Shown in pieces: positions 18,872 through 26,516 of a stretch of DNA of 43,377 nt. Source of the DNA: a virus (taxonomy: Duplodnaviria > Caudoviricetes); IMG/VR virus record IMGVR_UViG_3300038393_000502, positions 1 through 43,377 of that record. One strand, 5' to 3'. The translations under genes were made by a program, and so were the position numbers. Below the pieces are notes generated by a model, which saw nothing but the letters and a program-made list of their open reading frames with translations, did not search any database and was not told where the DNA came from. Each line of letters opens with the position of its first letter. Position 1 is the first letter of the stretch.

Positions 18872-19585
18872 TTATCCTTTTGCTTGATGGGGATACAGAG
18901 TGGCGGCTGCGCTGGCCGGAGCGGCACCAGTGGCGCCTCCCACGACCAAGTTCGGTCCGCTGATTTTCTGCCCGGCACGGTAGAAGGCCCGGATGATCTC
19001 GGGGTGGTTCCCCAGGCCGGTTTCGACGAGCATCGTGCGCAGCTCGGGCGTACCGAAGGCCTGGAGGGCCTTCTCCGCCACCGCGAGGTTTTCGTTCAGC
19101 TTGTCACCGCCGAATTCCTTGTCCGTTCGCGAGCTTTCGGTCCATTGCGATTTGACCGTCTCGAACTGCGCAGCTTGCGCAGCAGCGAGTTGGGGGGCCA
19201 TCGCGTCGACGACCTTTTGCGCCGCTTCCTGTGACAGGCCCAGTTCCTTGGCGACGCCTTCGAACTTGCCGATCACGTCCGGATTGAGTTGGGTGCCCTC
19301 GGGCGCCTTGAACTCGTACTTCTCCGGAACGACCGGCTTCTCAGCGGCCTGCTGCCCCTTGCCGTCATCGGGCTTAGGTGCAGCGTTGGGATCTTCGGCA
19401 GCGGCCGGCGGAGTGCCGGACGCATCCGCGGCCTGTGCGGCAGGAGCGTTCTGCTCGGTTGCTGCGGTCGCGCCCGACGTCGCGCCATCGGCGGCGGGCG
19501 CCGGGGCGGGAGCTGGTGCGGCAGCAGCGGGTTGCGCAGCGCCGGTATCTTGGGTGTTCCCGGCGATCAGCGATTCATTGCTCAT
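18872..19585 (-). CDS. Putative scaffolding protein
   Basis: Low-complexity N-terminus, PEKYEFKAPEG, AKELGLSQE.AQK, GLGNHPE; immediately upstream of the capsid gene. Confidence 0.78.
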   Translation of the reverse strand: MSNESLIAGNTQDTGAAQPAAAAPAPAPAPAADGATSGATAATEQNAPAAQAADASGTPPAAAEDPNAAPKPDDGKGQQAAEKPVVPEKYEFKAPEGTQLNPDVIGKFEGVAKELGLSQEAAQKVVDAMAPQLAAAQAAQFETVKSQWTESSRTDKEFGGDKLNENLAVAEKALQAFGTPELRTMLVETGLGNHPEIIRAFYRAGQKISGPNLVVGGATGAAPASAAATLYPHQAKG

Positions 19586-19889
19586 TGGTCTTTGCCTCGT
19601 TCAGCAGTTCGATGTAGCGGTCAGGGCAATGCGTGGTGACAGTCGCCAGCAAGGCGTTGCCCTGGTTCCGGTTGCCCTCGTTGAACGCCATCTGCAGTGC
19701 GTTCGTGTGGAAGGAGATTCGGTACACTCCCGCACCGTCGAGGATGCGGTGCACGATCCGGCGTCCGCGCTTGCTGCTCATCAGCCACTTGATGTCGTCA
19801 ACTTCAGTTCGCGCCGCCAGCTGGACGCGCTGCCGCTGTTCCTCGCGGGCGGTTTCTTGGCTGTTGATATCGGTCGGGTGCAGATCCAT
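19575..19889 (-). CDS. Bbp19-like protein
   Basis: DDIKWLMSSKRGRR...MAFNEG.RN.G motif; ATG 19889. Confidence 0.8.
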   Translation of the reverse strand: MDLHPTDINSQETAREEQRQRVQLAARTEVDDIKWLMSSKRGRRIVHRILDGAGVYRISFHTNALQMAFNEGNRNQGNALLATVTTHCPDRYIELLNEAKTNEQ

Positions 19890-19897
19890 AGGCGCCC

Positions 19898-19930
19898 AAT
19901 GTAAAGGCGGCGATGCGAGTGACGTACACC
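19898..19930 (-). promoter_or_regulatory. Putative late promoter 3 (scaffold/capsid)
   Basis: GGTGTACGT-N18-TACATT, 8 nt before ATG 19889. Confidence 0.72.
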
Positions 19931-20253
19931 TAGCCTTGCCCGCCCCCGTACAGCACCGACGCTGCCGACGGCTGGGCGCCAACCAGCTCCATGTCGGTGA
20001 TCTGCAGGTCCATGTTCACGGTCTTGCCTTCCTGCGTCTGGCGCTGCGAGTTGCTGGTCACCTCGACGATCGCTGTCAGGGTAAGGCGCGAGCCGACGTC
20101 CGGCAGCTGGGTGATGCCGAGCTTAGCCAGCGTCTCGTCGTCCAAGTACAGCGACAGGCCCCACGGGTACGCCGGGCCGCCGTCGCTGGCCGGCGAACAG
20201 CAGTCCACTTCCTTCGCCTCGTCGGGCGTCAACTTCATATTCACCAGGGCCAT
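19930..20253 (-). CDS. epsilon15 gp10-like ('capsid staple') protein
   Basis: LVNMK...YPWGLSLYLDDETLAKLG...LP.VG...LQITDM. Confidence 0.75.
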   Translation of the reverse strand: MALVNMKLTPDEAKEVDCCSPASDGGPAYPWGLSLYLDDETLAKLGITQLPDVGSRLTLTAIVEVTSNSQRQTQEGKTVNMDLQITDMELVGAQPSAASVLYGGGQG

Positions 20254-20262
20254 GCGGCGCTC

Positions 20263-21918
20263 CTATTGGGAAAACAGCGACATCACGTCGCTCGCGGCGT
20301 TGCCGCCGTTGGTCGGCGTGGCGCCGAGCTTCTGGGCCGTGTCGGCCGCCATGTTCGTCTGGGCCTGCTGCTGCGCTGCGGCCTGGGCCTTGGCGCGCGC
20401 GTCGCGGATCTGCTTCACCTTGTCGTCCGGCACGATGAGGTCCGGCGAGACGCCCAGCATGTCGCTGTACTGGTCGGCCCATTTGTCGCTGTCGAACTTG
20501 TCGAGCACGTCGGGCTTGAACTGGGCGATGCTCCCCAGGTTGCCGACGAAGCGGTCGACGCCGTTGGTCGCAATCGCGCGCTGCGCCTGGGCCAGCACGC
20601 TCACCAGCTCGACGTGCATCTCCATGCCCTGCAGCTCGCGCGGCGGCGGCGGCACCATGCCGGCCTCGACCATCTGTTCGAAGGTAGCGTCGACGAGCGG
20701 ATCGAGCAGCTCGTCCTGCAAGCGCTCGAGCACCGGGCCCAGCATGAGCATCTTCTCCTCGTGCCTCTCGGCCACCTCGGTGGCTGTCATGCGGCCGTTC
20801 GATTCGGTGATGGCGAGGAAGAGGTCGTAGAAGAAGCTGCTGCGCACTCGGCCGCGCACGTCTTCGATGTCCTCGAGCAGATGCTGCAGGTTGAGGTTGA
20901 CGTCGTAGGCCGAGCGGATGCCCTGGCCGCCGGCGGCGTCGATGAACGTCACGCCACCCGGCATGCGGTCGACGTCGCGGTTCTTCATCGCGGTGGGCAC
21001 CTGCAGCGGCGGGTTGACCTGGTAGTCGATGGCCTGCCCCTTGCGCAGCTGCTCGTGCTGCAGCTGCTTGATGTCGCCTAGTGCTTCCATCCCCGGGCCG
21101 TTGCCGTAGATGTCGCCGCCTTCGACGTCCCAGCGCGGGCACATCGCGGGGAAGCGCTTGAAGCCGGACTCACGCAGCAGCGCGTCCGAGTTACCGGCCA
21201 GCTCGAAGTAGACGTCCTTCCACGCCATGTTCAGCGTGTCGATCTTCGTCGTATCGCGATCCGCACGCGGCTCAATGCAGTGAACGATCGTCACCCAGGT
21301 GTCGAGCGAGCCACGGTCATACAGATTGCGCACCGCCTGGCCGCATTTGTCGGGGCCGAACTCCTTGATCATCTGGCCAACCGTCACGTCGAACTCGCGG
21401 TAGAGCGTGCAAGCCTTGCCCTGGAAGTCGGTCGCGATGCAATACTCACCCGTGGTCAACGGATGGTTGTGGATCACGTGGTCGAAGTTCGGCATCAGGA
21501 TGTTGGCCGCGGTGCTGAACACGCCCAGCTCCTTGTAGACCATGTGCAGCGCGCGGTACGTGTTCGAGCGCTGGAAGATCGACAGCATGGTGTTCGTGCG
21601 GTCCGCCATCCACTTCTTCACGGCTGGTGCCTCGTTCAGTTCCTCGTCTGCAGTGGCCAGCTTGAACCACGGGCGCGCCGGCGAGGTCAGGCCGCCCATC
21701 AGACCCGCCGCCAGGACGTTGAGGGCGCGCGACCCAGTGTTGTCGTAGATCGCGTTGTGACGCCGGTTGCCTTTATTGCGGTCGGTGACGAAGTAGCGGC
21801 CCTGGCGCGGAGACAGATAGTTCGACAGTTCCTTCCAATGGCTCATCCAGCTTGCCCGCTCGTTCTTGAGCTGGCCCAGCCGGTTGAACATGAGCTGCCG
21901 CTGGGTGAACTCGGCCAT
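20263..21918 (-). CDS. Portal (head-tail connector)
   Basis: LAAGLMGGLTSPARPWF; RW....GD.YG.GP; MTATEVAERHEEK..MLGPVLERL. Confidence 0.95.
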   Translation of the reverse strand: MAEFTQRQLMFNRLGQLKNERASWMSHWKELSNYLSPRQGRYFVTDRNKGNRRHNAIYDNTGSRALNVLAAGLMGGLTSPARPWFKLATADEELNEAPAVKKWMADRTNTMLSIFQRSNTYRALHMVYKELGVFSTAANILMPNFDHVIHNHPLTTGEYCIATDFQGKACTLYREFDVTVGQMIKEFGPDKCGQAVRNLYDRGSLDTWVTIVHCIEPRADRDTTKIDTLNMAWKDVYFELAGNSDALLRESGFKRFPAMCPRWDVEGGDIYGNGPGMEALGDIKQLQHEQLRKGQAIDYQVNPPLQVPTAMKNRDVDRMPGGVTFIDAAGGQGIRSAYDVNLNLQHLLEDIEDVRGRVRSSFFYDLFLAITESNGRMTATEVAERHEEKMLMLGPVLERLQDELLDPLVDATFEQMVEAGMVPPPPRELQGMEMHVELVSVLAQAQRAIATNGVDRFVGNLGSIAQFKPDVLDKFDSDKWADQYSDMLGVSPDLIVPDDKVKQIRDARAKAQAAAQQQAQTNMAADTAQKLGATPTNGGNAASDVMSLFSQ

Positions 21919-22223
21919 CAGCTACCCCCACCCAGCAGCGTGTTCTTGCCCAGATTGAGCAGCGAGGGATCGACGCCAGAGGCACCGGTCAGGAAGGTCT
22001 GGGCGACGCCCGGCGAGCCCCCGGCCTGGCCGGATCCGGCTTGGCCTGCTTGCACAGCCTGGACGGTCGGCGCCTTCGAAGCCTGCGGGCGCGTCGCCTC
22101 GGCCTGTGCCGTCGCGTCCTTCTGCGCCTGCAGCGATTCGTCCTGCGCGACACGCTGCTGGTGCGCGCTGTACATCGTGCTGGCGGCGGCGGCCGTGGCC
22201 ATCACTGCTGCGGAAACGCCCAT
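21918..22223 (-). CDS. Small virion protein preceding the portal
   Basis: AAGGA RBS; Ala/Gln-rich; T.LTG.SGV...LGK.TLLGG C-terminus. Confidence 0.75.
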   Translation of the reverse strand: MGVSAAVMATAAAASTMYSAHQQRVAQDESLQAQKDATAQAEATRPQASKAPTVQAVQAGQAGSGQAGGSPGVAQTFLTGASGVDPSLLNLGKNTLLGGGS

Positions 22224-22225
22224 GG

Positions 22226-22672
22226 TCAAAGTTCCTTCGTGTAGATTATTTCCTGCACCTTGCATCCCATCTTGGGCAGGATGGACGACAGCGCCGTGTC
22301 CTCCTTCGCGTGCCACAGCATCAGGTGCGCTCCGCGCGCACGGGCCGCGCGTTCCGTCTCGCGGATCAGCTTCAGGCCGAGCGACCTTTCGCGGTATTCC
22401 TTCGCGACGAACAGCACGTCGTTGTGGGCGCACAGGAGGTCGGCGTAGTGCAGGTGCGGGCTGACGATGTTCACGGAGTAGCCGACGATCGTCTCGTCCA
22501 CGTACGCCACGAGCGACAGCAGCGCGCCCGCTGCCTCCAGCGCCTGGTAGCGCGCGACGTCGGGCTTGAGCACCATGAGGTGCTTGTTGCGCGCCGACTC
22601 GTGCCAGTGCGCCTCGAGCAGTCCAGGGACGTGCTCGATCTTGTCGGCGATGGTCGTTTCGATGAGGCGCAT
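22226..22672 (-). CDS. GNAT-family N-acetyltransferase
   Basis: IVGYS...DVLFVAKEYRERSLGLKLIRETERAARARG acetyl-CoA motif A; ILPKMG. Confidence 0.85.
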   Translation of the reverse strand: MRLIETTIADKIEHVPGLLEAHWHESARNKHLMVLKPDVARYQALEAAGALLSLVAYVDETIVGYSVNIVSPHLHYADLLCAHNDVLFVAKEYRERSLGLKLIRETERAARARGAHLMLWHAKEDTALSSILPKMGCKVQEIIYTKEL

Positions 22673-24276
22673 CAGGCGTAGGGGTCGTGGGATTGCGATT
22701 TGTACGGATCGTGCCAGCCCGACGCCACATCACGTACACCTTGCAACTTTTTGCGTTTGGGCGTGTCCATCAGCGCGAGGATGTAGGCGCTGGCCAGGTC
22801 GGGCGAATTGCCGATGCGCTTGACGATGTCCTCGCGGCTTTCGACCTGGATCACGAAGCCCGACACCTTCCACTTCGGTGCGCACAGCTCACGCGCCAGG
22901 GCGGCATGCGGCGGCAGCGCGATGCCCGTGTTGTTCGACGGGTCCAGCGCCTCACGCATGCGCCACCACAGTTCGCTGCGCTGGTTCAGGAAGCGGAGGC
23001 GCCCGGATTGGTCGGTGCCCAGAGCCTTCTCGGACACGTTCACGCCAAGCACCTGCTGGCCGTTCGAGTTGAGGAAGTCATAGGGCGATGCGCCCACGCC
23101 GATGACGTCGATGTGGATCGGCGCGTCGTCGCGCTTGGCGGCGATCGTCAGGCCGGCGACGGTCGGGCCGTCCGGCGTGTCGGCGCCCGGGTAGACCAGT
23201 GGCTCGTCGAACCACCAGCCATGGCGCCGCGCGATCGTCGTCTTGTCCGCGCCGCCGCGCGCAACGTCGACACCCATGCTGTCCATCGGCTCCAGCTTCG
23301 CCGGCCGGGCCCAGCGCGCCTGCGCCGCCTCGACCCACGCGGTGGGGATGACCTGCCAGGGGTCGTCGCTGATACCGGCCTGGAAGTCGCCGTAGAGCAT
23401 CTGGCTTCGCAGCGGCTCGGGAAGGGATTGCAGGGTGCTCATGTAGCCGCTGGCCATGTAGTAGGGGTTGTCGGTCAGGCGCGCCGGGATGAACGTGCGC
23501 GACTTGGGCGTGATGATCTGCTCGGGCTTATAGGCCGCCGGATCGAAGTCGTAGGTGACGCGCCCCTCGACCAGCACGAACGGCCGGCCCGTGAGCGGCT
23601 GGCCATCGCGATCCAGCCAGGTGTCGGTGCTGCCGCCCTGTCCGTCCGGCAGCATGGCGGCGTAGCGCAGCTGGCCCTCGGGCGTCGGATACAGTGGGTG
23701 CTGCTTGTCGAGCCACGGGCCGAAGAACGCGATGACCCAGCGGCCTTCGACGGTCGTCGGCGGGTTGAAGGTCATCAGCACCTGGGCGTGCAGCTTGGAG
23801 TTAGCCGAGCGCGTCCAGCCCATGATGAAGCGGACCTGCTTCTCGCGCATCTCGGTGACCTCGTCGAACACCTTGAGGTCGTGCGGACGGCCCTGCCAGC
23901 GCCGCTCGTCGCCCTCGTTGTCCAGGCCACCGAACTCGCACAGCGCGCGGCCGGGGATGCGCCAGATCGACTTCTGGCTGTTGAAGCCGTCGGTGTTGCC
24001 GAGGATCTCGGTCAAGCGCTGGATCACGCCCTCGGTCTGCGCCTTCTCGCGGCGCATGAACAGCGCGCGCTCGTGCTTGGTCAGGATGCAGCCGGCGGCC
24101 AGGTCGGTCTTGCCGCCGCCGGCGGCACCGCCGTAGCCGATGATGTCGGCCTCCGACTCGAACGCAGAGGACTGGGGGCCTGGCAGCGGCTTCCAGATCG
24201 GCAGGCGCCGGGCCTTCTCGCGCAGGAGCAGCAGCAACCGCTCACGGGCGCGGCGGTCATACGAGGTCGCTGGCAT
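22672..24276 (-). CDS. terL: Terminase large subunit
   Basis: PGPQ, GYGGAAGGGKT Walker A, VFDE Walker B, TFNPP, MGVDVARGG.D nuclease, SPDLA. Confidence 0.94.
   Translation of the reverse strand: MPATSYDRRARERLLLLLREKARRLPIWKPLPGPQSSAFESEADIIGYGGAAGGGKTDLAAGCILTKHERALFMRREKAQTEGVIQRLTEILGNTDGFNSQKSIWRIPGRALCEFGGLDNEGDERRWQGRPHDLKVFDEVTEMREKQVRFIMGWTRSANSKLHAQVLMTFNPPTTVEGRWVIAFFGPWLDKQHPLYPTPEGQLRYAAMLPDGQGGSTDTWLDRDGQPLTGRPFVLVEGRVTYDFDPAAYKPEQIITPKSRTFIPARLTDNPYYMASGYMSTLQSLPEPLRSQMLYGDFQAGISDDPWQVIPTAWVEAAQARWARPAKLEPMDSMGVDVARGGADKTTIARRHGWWFDEPLVYPGADTPDGPTVAGLTIAAKRDDAPIHIDVIGVGASPYDFLNSNGQQVLGVNVSEKALGTDQSGRLRFLNQRSELWWRMREALDPSNNTGIALPPHAALARELCAPKWKVSGFVIQVESREDIVKRIGNSPDLASAYILALMDTPKRKKLQGVRDVASGWHDPYKSQSHDPYA
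22708..22740 (-). promoter_or_regulatory. Putative late promoter 2 (GNAT/portal), inside the terL 3' end
   Basis: GGTGTACGT-N18-CACGAT. Confidence 0.65.
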
Positions 24277-24850
24277 CGTCAGGGTCGACGGCCGGCGCGG
24301 CGCCGGCGAGCGCGTTGTGGCCCACCAGGGCGGCGAGCGCAGCGATTTCCGCCTCGAGCTCCTCGTCCGGCACATTGCGCAGCTCCAGGGCGCCGGCCAG
24401 CTCGAGCTTGCTGCTGTCGCGGTATTTCGAGTCGTGGGCCTTCAACAGGAACATGGCTAGCACGTCGCTGTAGCGCTGGATGGTCTTGAGGCGCGGGCGG
24501 CCATCAGCGTCGAGCGCAGGGACCATTTTCGGCCGGCCGTCCTCTTCGCGGATCACGTCGCCCGTCTCGTCGCGCGCCACCTCCCACTCGTAGGAGAACT
24601 CGCCCTTGTGCACCACAGGCTCGGCCACGCCGTCGAATGCGCGGCGGTGCGCTTCGTCCGCCAGGGCCGTGACGCCAATCTTCACCGCCCGGTCCCACAT
24701 GGCAGCGAAATCCGGATCCGCATCGCGCCAGTCGTACGCCGTTGTGCGACCGATGCCGATGGCCGCGCATGCCTTGCCCACGTTGCAGGTTTCTGCAAGC
24801 GCAGCACAGAACGCAATGGCTCTTTCTGGTGTCCGGTTTGAGTTGCTCAT
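24257..24850 (-). CDS. terS: Terminase small subunit
   Basis: HTH (NVGKACAAIGIGRTTAYDWR..DPDF), L.DEA.RRA.DG, YSD.L..FLLK; overlaps terL. Confidence 0.85.
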   Translation of the reverse strand: MSNSNRTPERAIAFCAALAETCNVGKACAAIGIGRTTAYDWRDADPDFAAMWDRAVKIGVTALADEAHRRAFDGVAEPVVHKGEFSYEWEVARDETGDVIREEDGRPKMVPALDADGRPRLKTIQRYSDVLAMFLLKAHDSKYRDSSKLELAGALELRNVPDEELEAEIAALAALVGHNALAGAAPAVDPDDASDLV

Positions 24851-24857
24851 GGTCGCG

Positions 24858-24890
24858 ACGATACGGCCATGCACGACGCTGACGTACACC
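24858..24890 (-). promoter_or_regulatory. Putative late promoter 1 (terminase)
   Basis: GGTGTACGT-N18-TATCGT, 7 nt before ATG 24850. Confidence 0.72.
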
Positions 24891-24892
24891 GA

Positions 24893-25129
24893 TCATCGGC
24901 GCTGGTACTTGCAGATCTTCGCCACCGACGACTTGCTCACCTCGAATTTGGCGGCCAACGCGTCGTACGTCAGACCATCCACCTCGCGAAGATGGCGCAT
25001 GAGCTCCACCTCACCATCGGTCAGGATCGCATTCGGATGTTCCTCACCGATCCGACGGCCCTTTGCGATTCGCCGCGTGCTTGTTCGCCTGTCGTCCCCG
25101 CTCCGACGGTCATTTGCAATTTTCTTCAT
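24893..25129 (-). CDS. Small HTH protein, candidate late-gene activator
   Basis: GRRIGEEHPNAILTD.EV...GLTYDALAAKFEVSKSSVAKIC HTH; AGGA RBS before ATG 25129. Confidence 0.75.
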   Translation of the reverse strand: MKKIANDRRSGDDRRTSTRRIAKGRRIGEEHPNAILTDGEVELMRHLREVDGLTYDALAAKFEVSKSSVAKICKYQRR

Positions 25130-25190
25130 GCAAAATCCTGCATGCAAAATTTCGCCAGTGCCGAAAACCATACGCCGCAGATTTTTGCCT

Positions 25191-25300
25191 TCCACATCTG
25201 CCACACGCCACACCCCCTAAAGGGGGTTGTGTGGCACGTGTGGCATGGATTTGTGCAACCACAGAAAGCCACATGTGGGCGGCGCGTGGCACATGTGGAT
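25191..25300. repeat. CCACA/TGTGG repeat cluster around a CCCCCT-A-AAGGGGG palindrome (candidate origin or packaging site)
   Basis: About nine CCACA/TGTGG pentamers in 110 bp; imperfect inverted repeat ~25199..25245. Confidence 0.6.
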
Positions 25301-25386
25301 GCGGAAAACTGCAAGTTGCGATTTATTGCATGTTGTAAAGAATTGCGATTTGCGCTGTAATGAGCTTTTCTGTTCGGATTGACAAT

Positions 25387-25698
25387 ATGCGCAAAACCCT
25401 TATCGCCGCCGTTGCCTTGGCCAGCGCGGCCCTGAGCGGGTGCCAAGCGATGGTCTACGGGACCGCCAGCGACTTCGAAAAGCTCTCGATCGGGATGGAC
25501 AGAGCCCAGGTGGTGCAGGCTCTCGGCTCGCCCGTCTCGGTCGCTGCCGACGGCGAAAAGGGCGAGGAGTACATGGTCTACAAACGGATGAAGCATGCCG
25601 TTTCGGAGTGGCCGCGCACCTACCTGGTCACTCTCAAAAATGGCAAGGTGATCAGGTACGGGGAACAGTACGAAGAGTCCAACGTCAACCGCTTCTAA
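25387..25698 (+). CDS. Lipoprotein, SmpA/OmlA(BamE)-like
   Basis: Signal MRKTLIAAVALASAA plus lipobox LSGC; LSIGMDRAQVVQALGSP motif. Confidence 0.82.
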   Translation: MRKTLIAAVALASAALSGCQAMVYGTASDFEKLSIGMDRAQVVQALGSPVSVAADGEKGEEYMVYKRMKHAVSEWPRTYLVTLKNGKVIRYGEQYEESNVNRF

Positions 25699-25755
25699 GC
25701 GTCCAGTCACCACAGCACCTTTCTCCCGCAGTTGGCTTTTTGAACTTGGGAACAC

Positions 25756-26505
25756 ATGACTTCTTTCTTTTACGGTGCACGACTAAAGGTCGAAAGGGCC
25801 CGCCAACACATCGACGAGTTGAACACTGCCTTGGCCGCACACCTCGAGCGAGGCGCCGGCGAATTGCGCGTCAAGCAAGAGGCGCAGTACGATTACCGGC
25901 TCGTTTTCGAAGCCGAGCCGGTTCCCGCCGCTGTCGCCCTGATATTGGGTGATGCCGTCCATAACCTTCGAACGGCCCTTGACCACCTCGCATGGGAACT
26001 CGTCGAGGCATCGGGCAGGAAGCCCGGGAAAGACACCTATTTTCCGATTCGCGAGACGAGGGAGAAACTTATAAACGCCGTCGACAAAGGAGAAATGAAG
26101 TTCGCGGGCCCCGAGGTGCGCCACCTTGTCATCGACACGATCCAGCCGTACAAAGGAGGGAACGGCGCCCTCTGGCCCCTGCACGATACCGATATCATCG
26201 ACAAACATCGCCTGCTTGTCCCCGTGGTGGCCATCACTCAGACCCCGCTCATGAGCATCCGCACAGCGGAAGGCGGCGGCATATTGAACTTTAGGATCGA
26301 GGTCCCCGCTGGCGGATCTCAGAACATTTTTCGATCCCCCACGATGTTCAAAGTGACAACGGAGGGAAAGCCGACCTTTTCGGTATTCTTCCCAGAAGAC
26401 AGCGGTTTCGGCGCAGAGCCGGTCATCCCAACGTTGCATCAGCTGTCGGAAGTAGTTATGGGTGTCATCGACTCCATCGAGCGAGCCTTCAGCCAAAAAT
26501 CCTAA
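25756..26505 (+). CDS. Moron protein, possible HEPN-like fold (249 aa)
   Basis: A.LKVERA..H..EL, GDAVHNLRTALDHL, YFPI, DIIDKHR; opposite strand to the phage core neighbours, less GC-biased codons. Confidence 0.6.
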   Translation: MTSFFYGARLKVERARQHIDELNTALAAHLERGAGELRVKQEAQYDYRLVFEAEPVPAAVALILGDAVHNLRTALDHLAWELVEASGRKPGKDTYFPIRETREKLINAVDKGEMKFAGPEVRHLVIDTIQPYKGGNGALWPLHDTDIIDKHRLLVPVVAITQTPLMSIRTAEGGGILNFRIEVPAGGSQNIFRSPTMFKVTTEGKPTFSVFFPEDSGFGAEPVIPTLHQLSEVVMGVIDSIERAFSQKS

Positions 26506-26516
26506 ATGGTCCGCCA

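Noticed and set aside
17141-19234. Long antisense ORFs (this one and e.g. 22687..24489 +, 32210..34207 -, 36550..38676 -, 40381..42639 -)
   Set aside because: Shadow frames of high-GC genes with recognisable products on the opposite strand; no motifs of their own.
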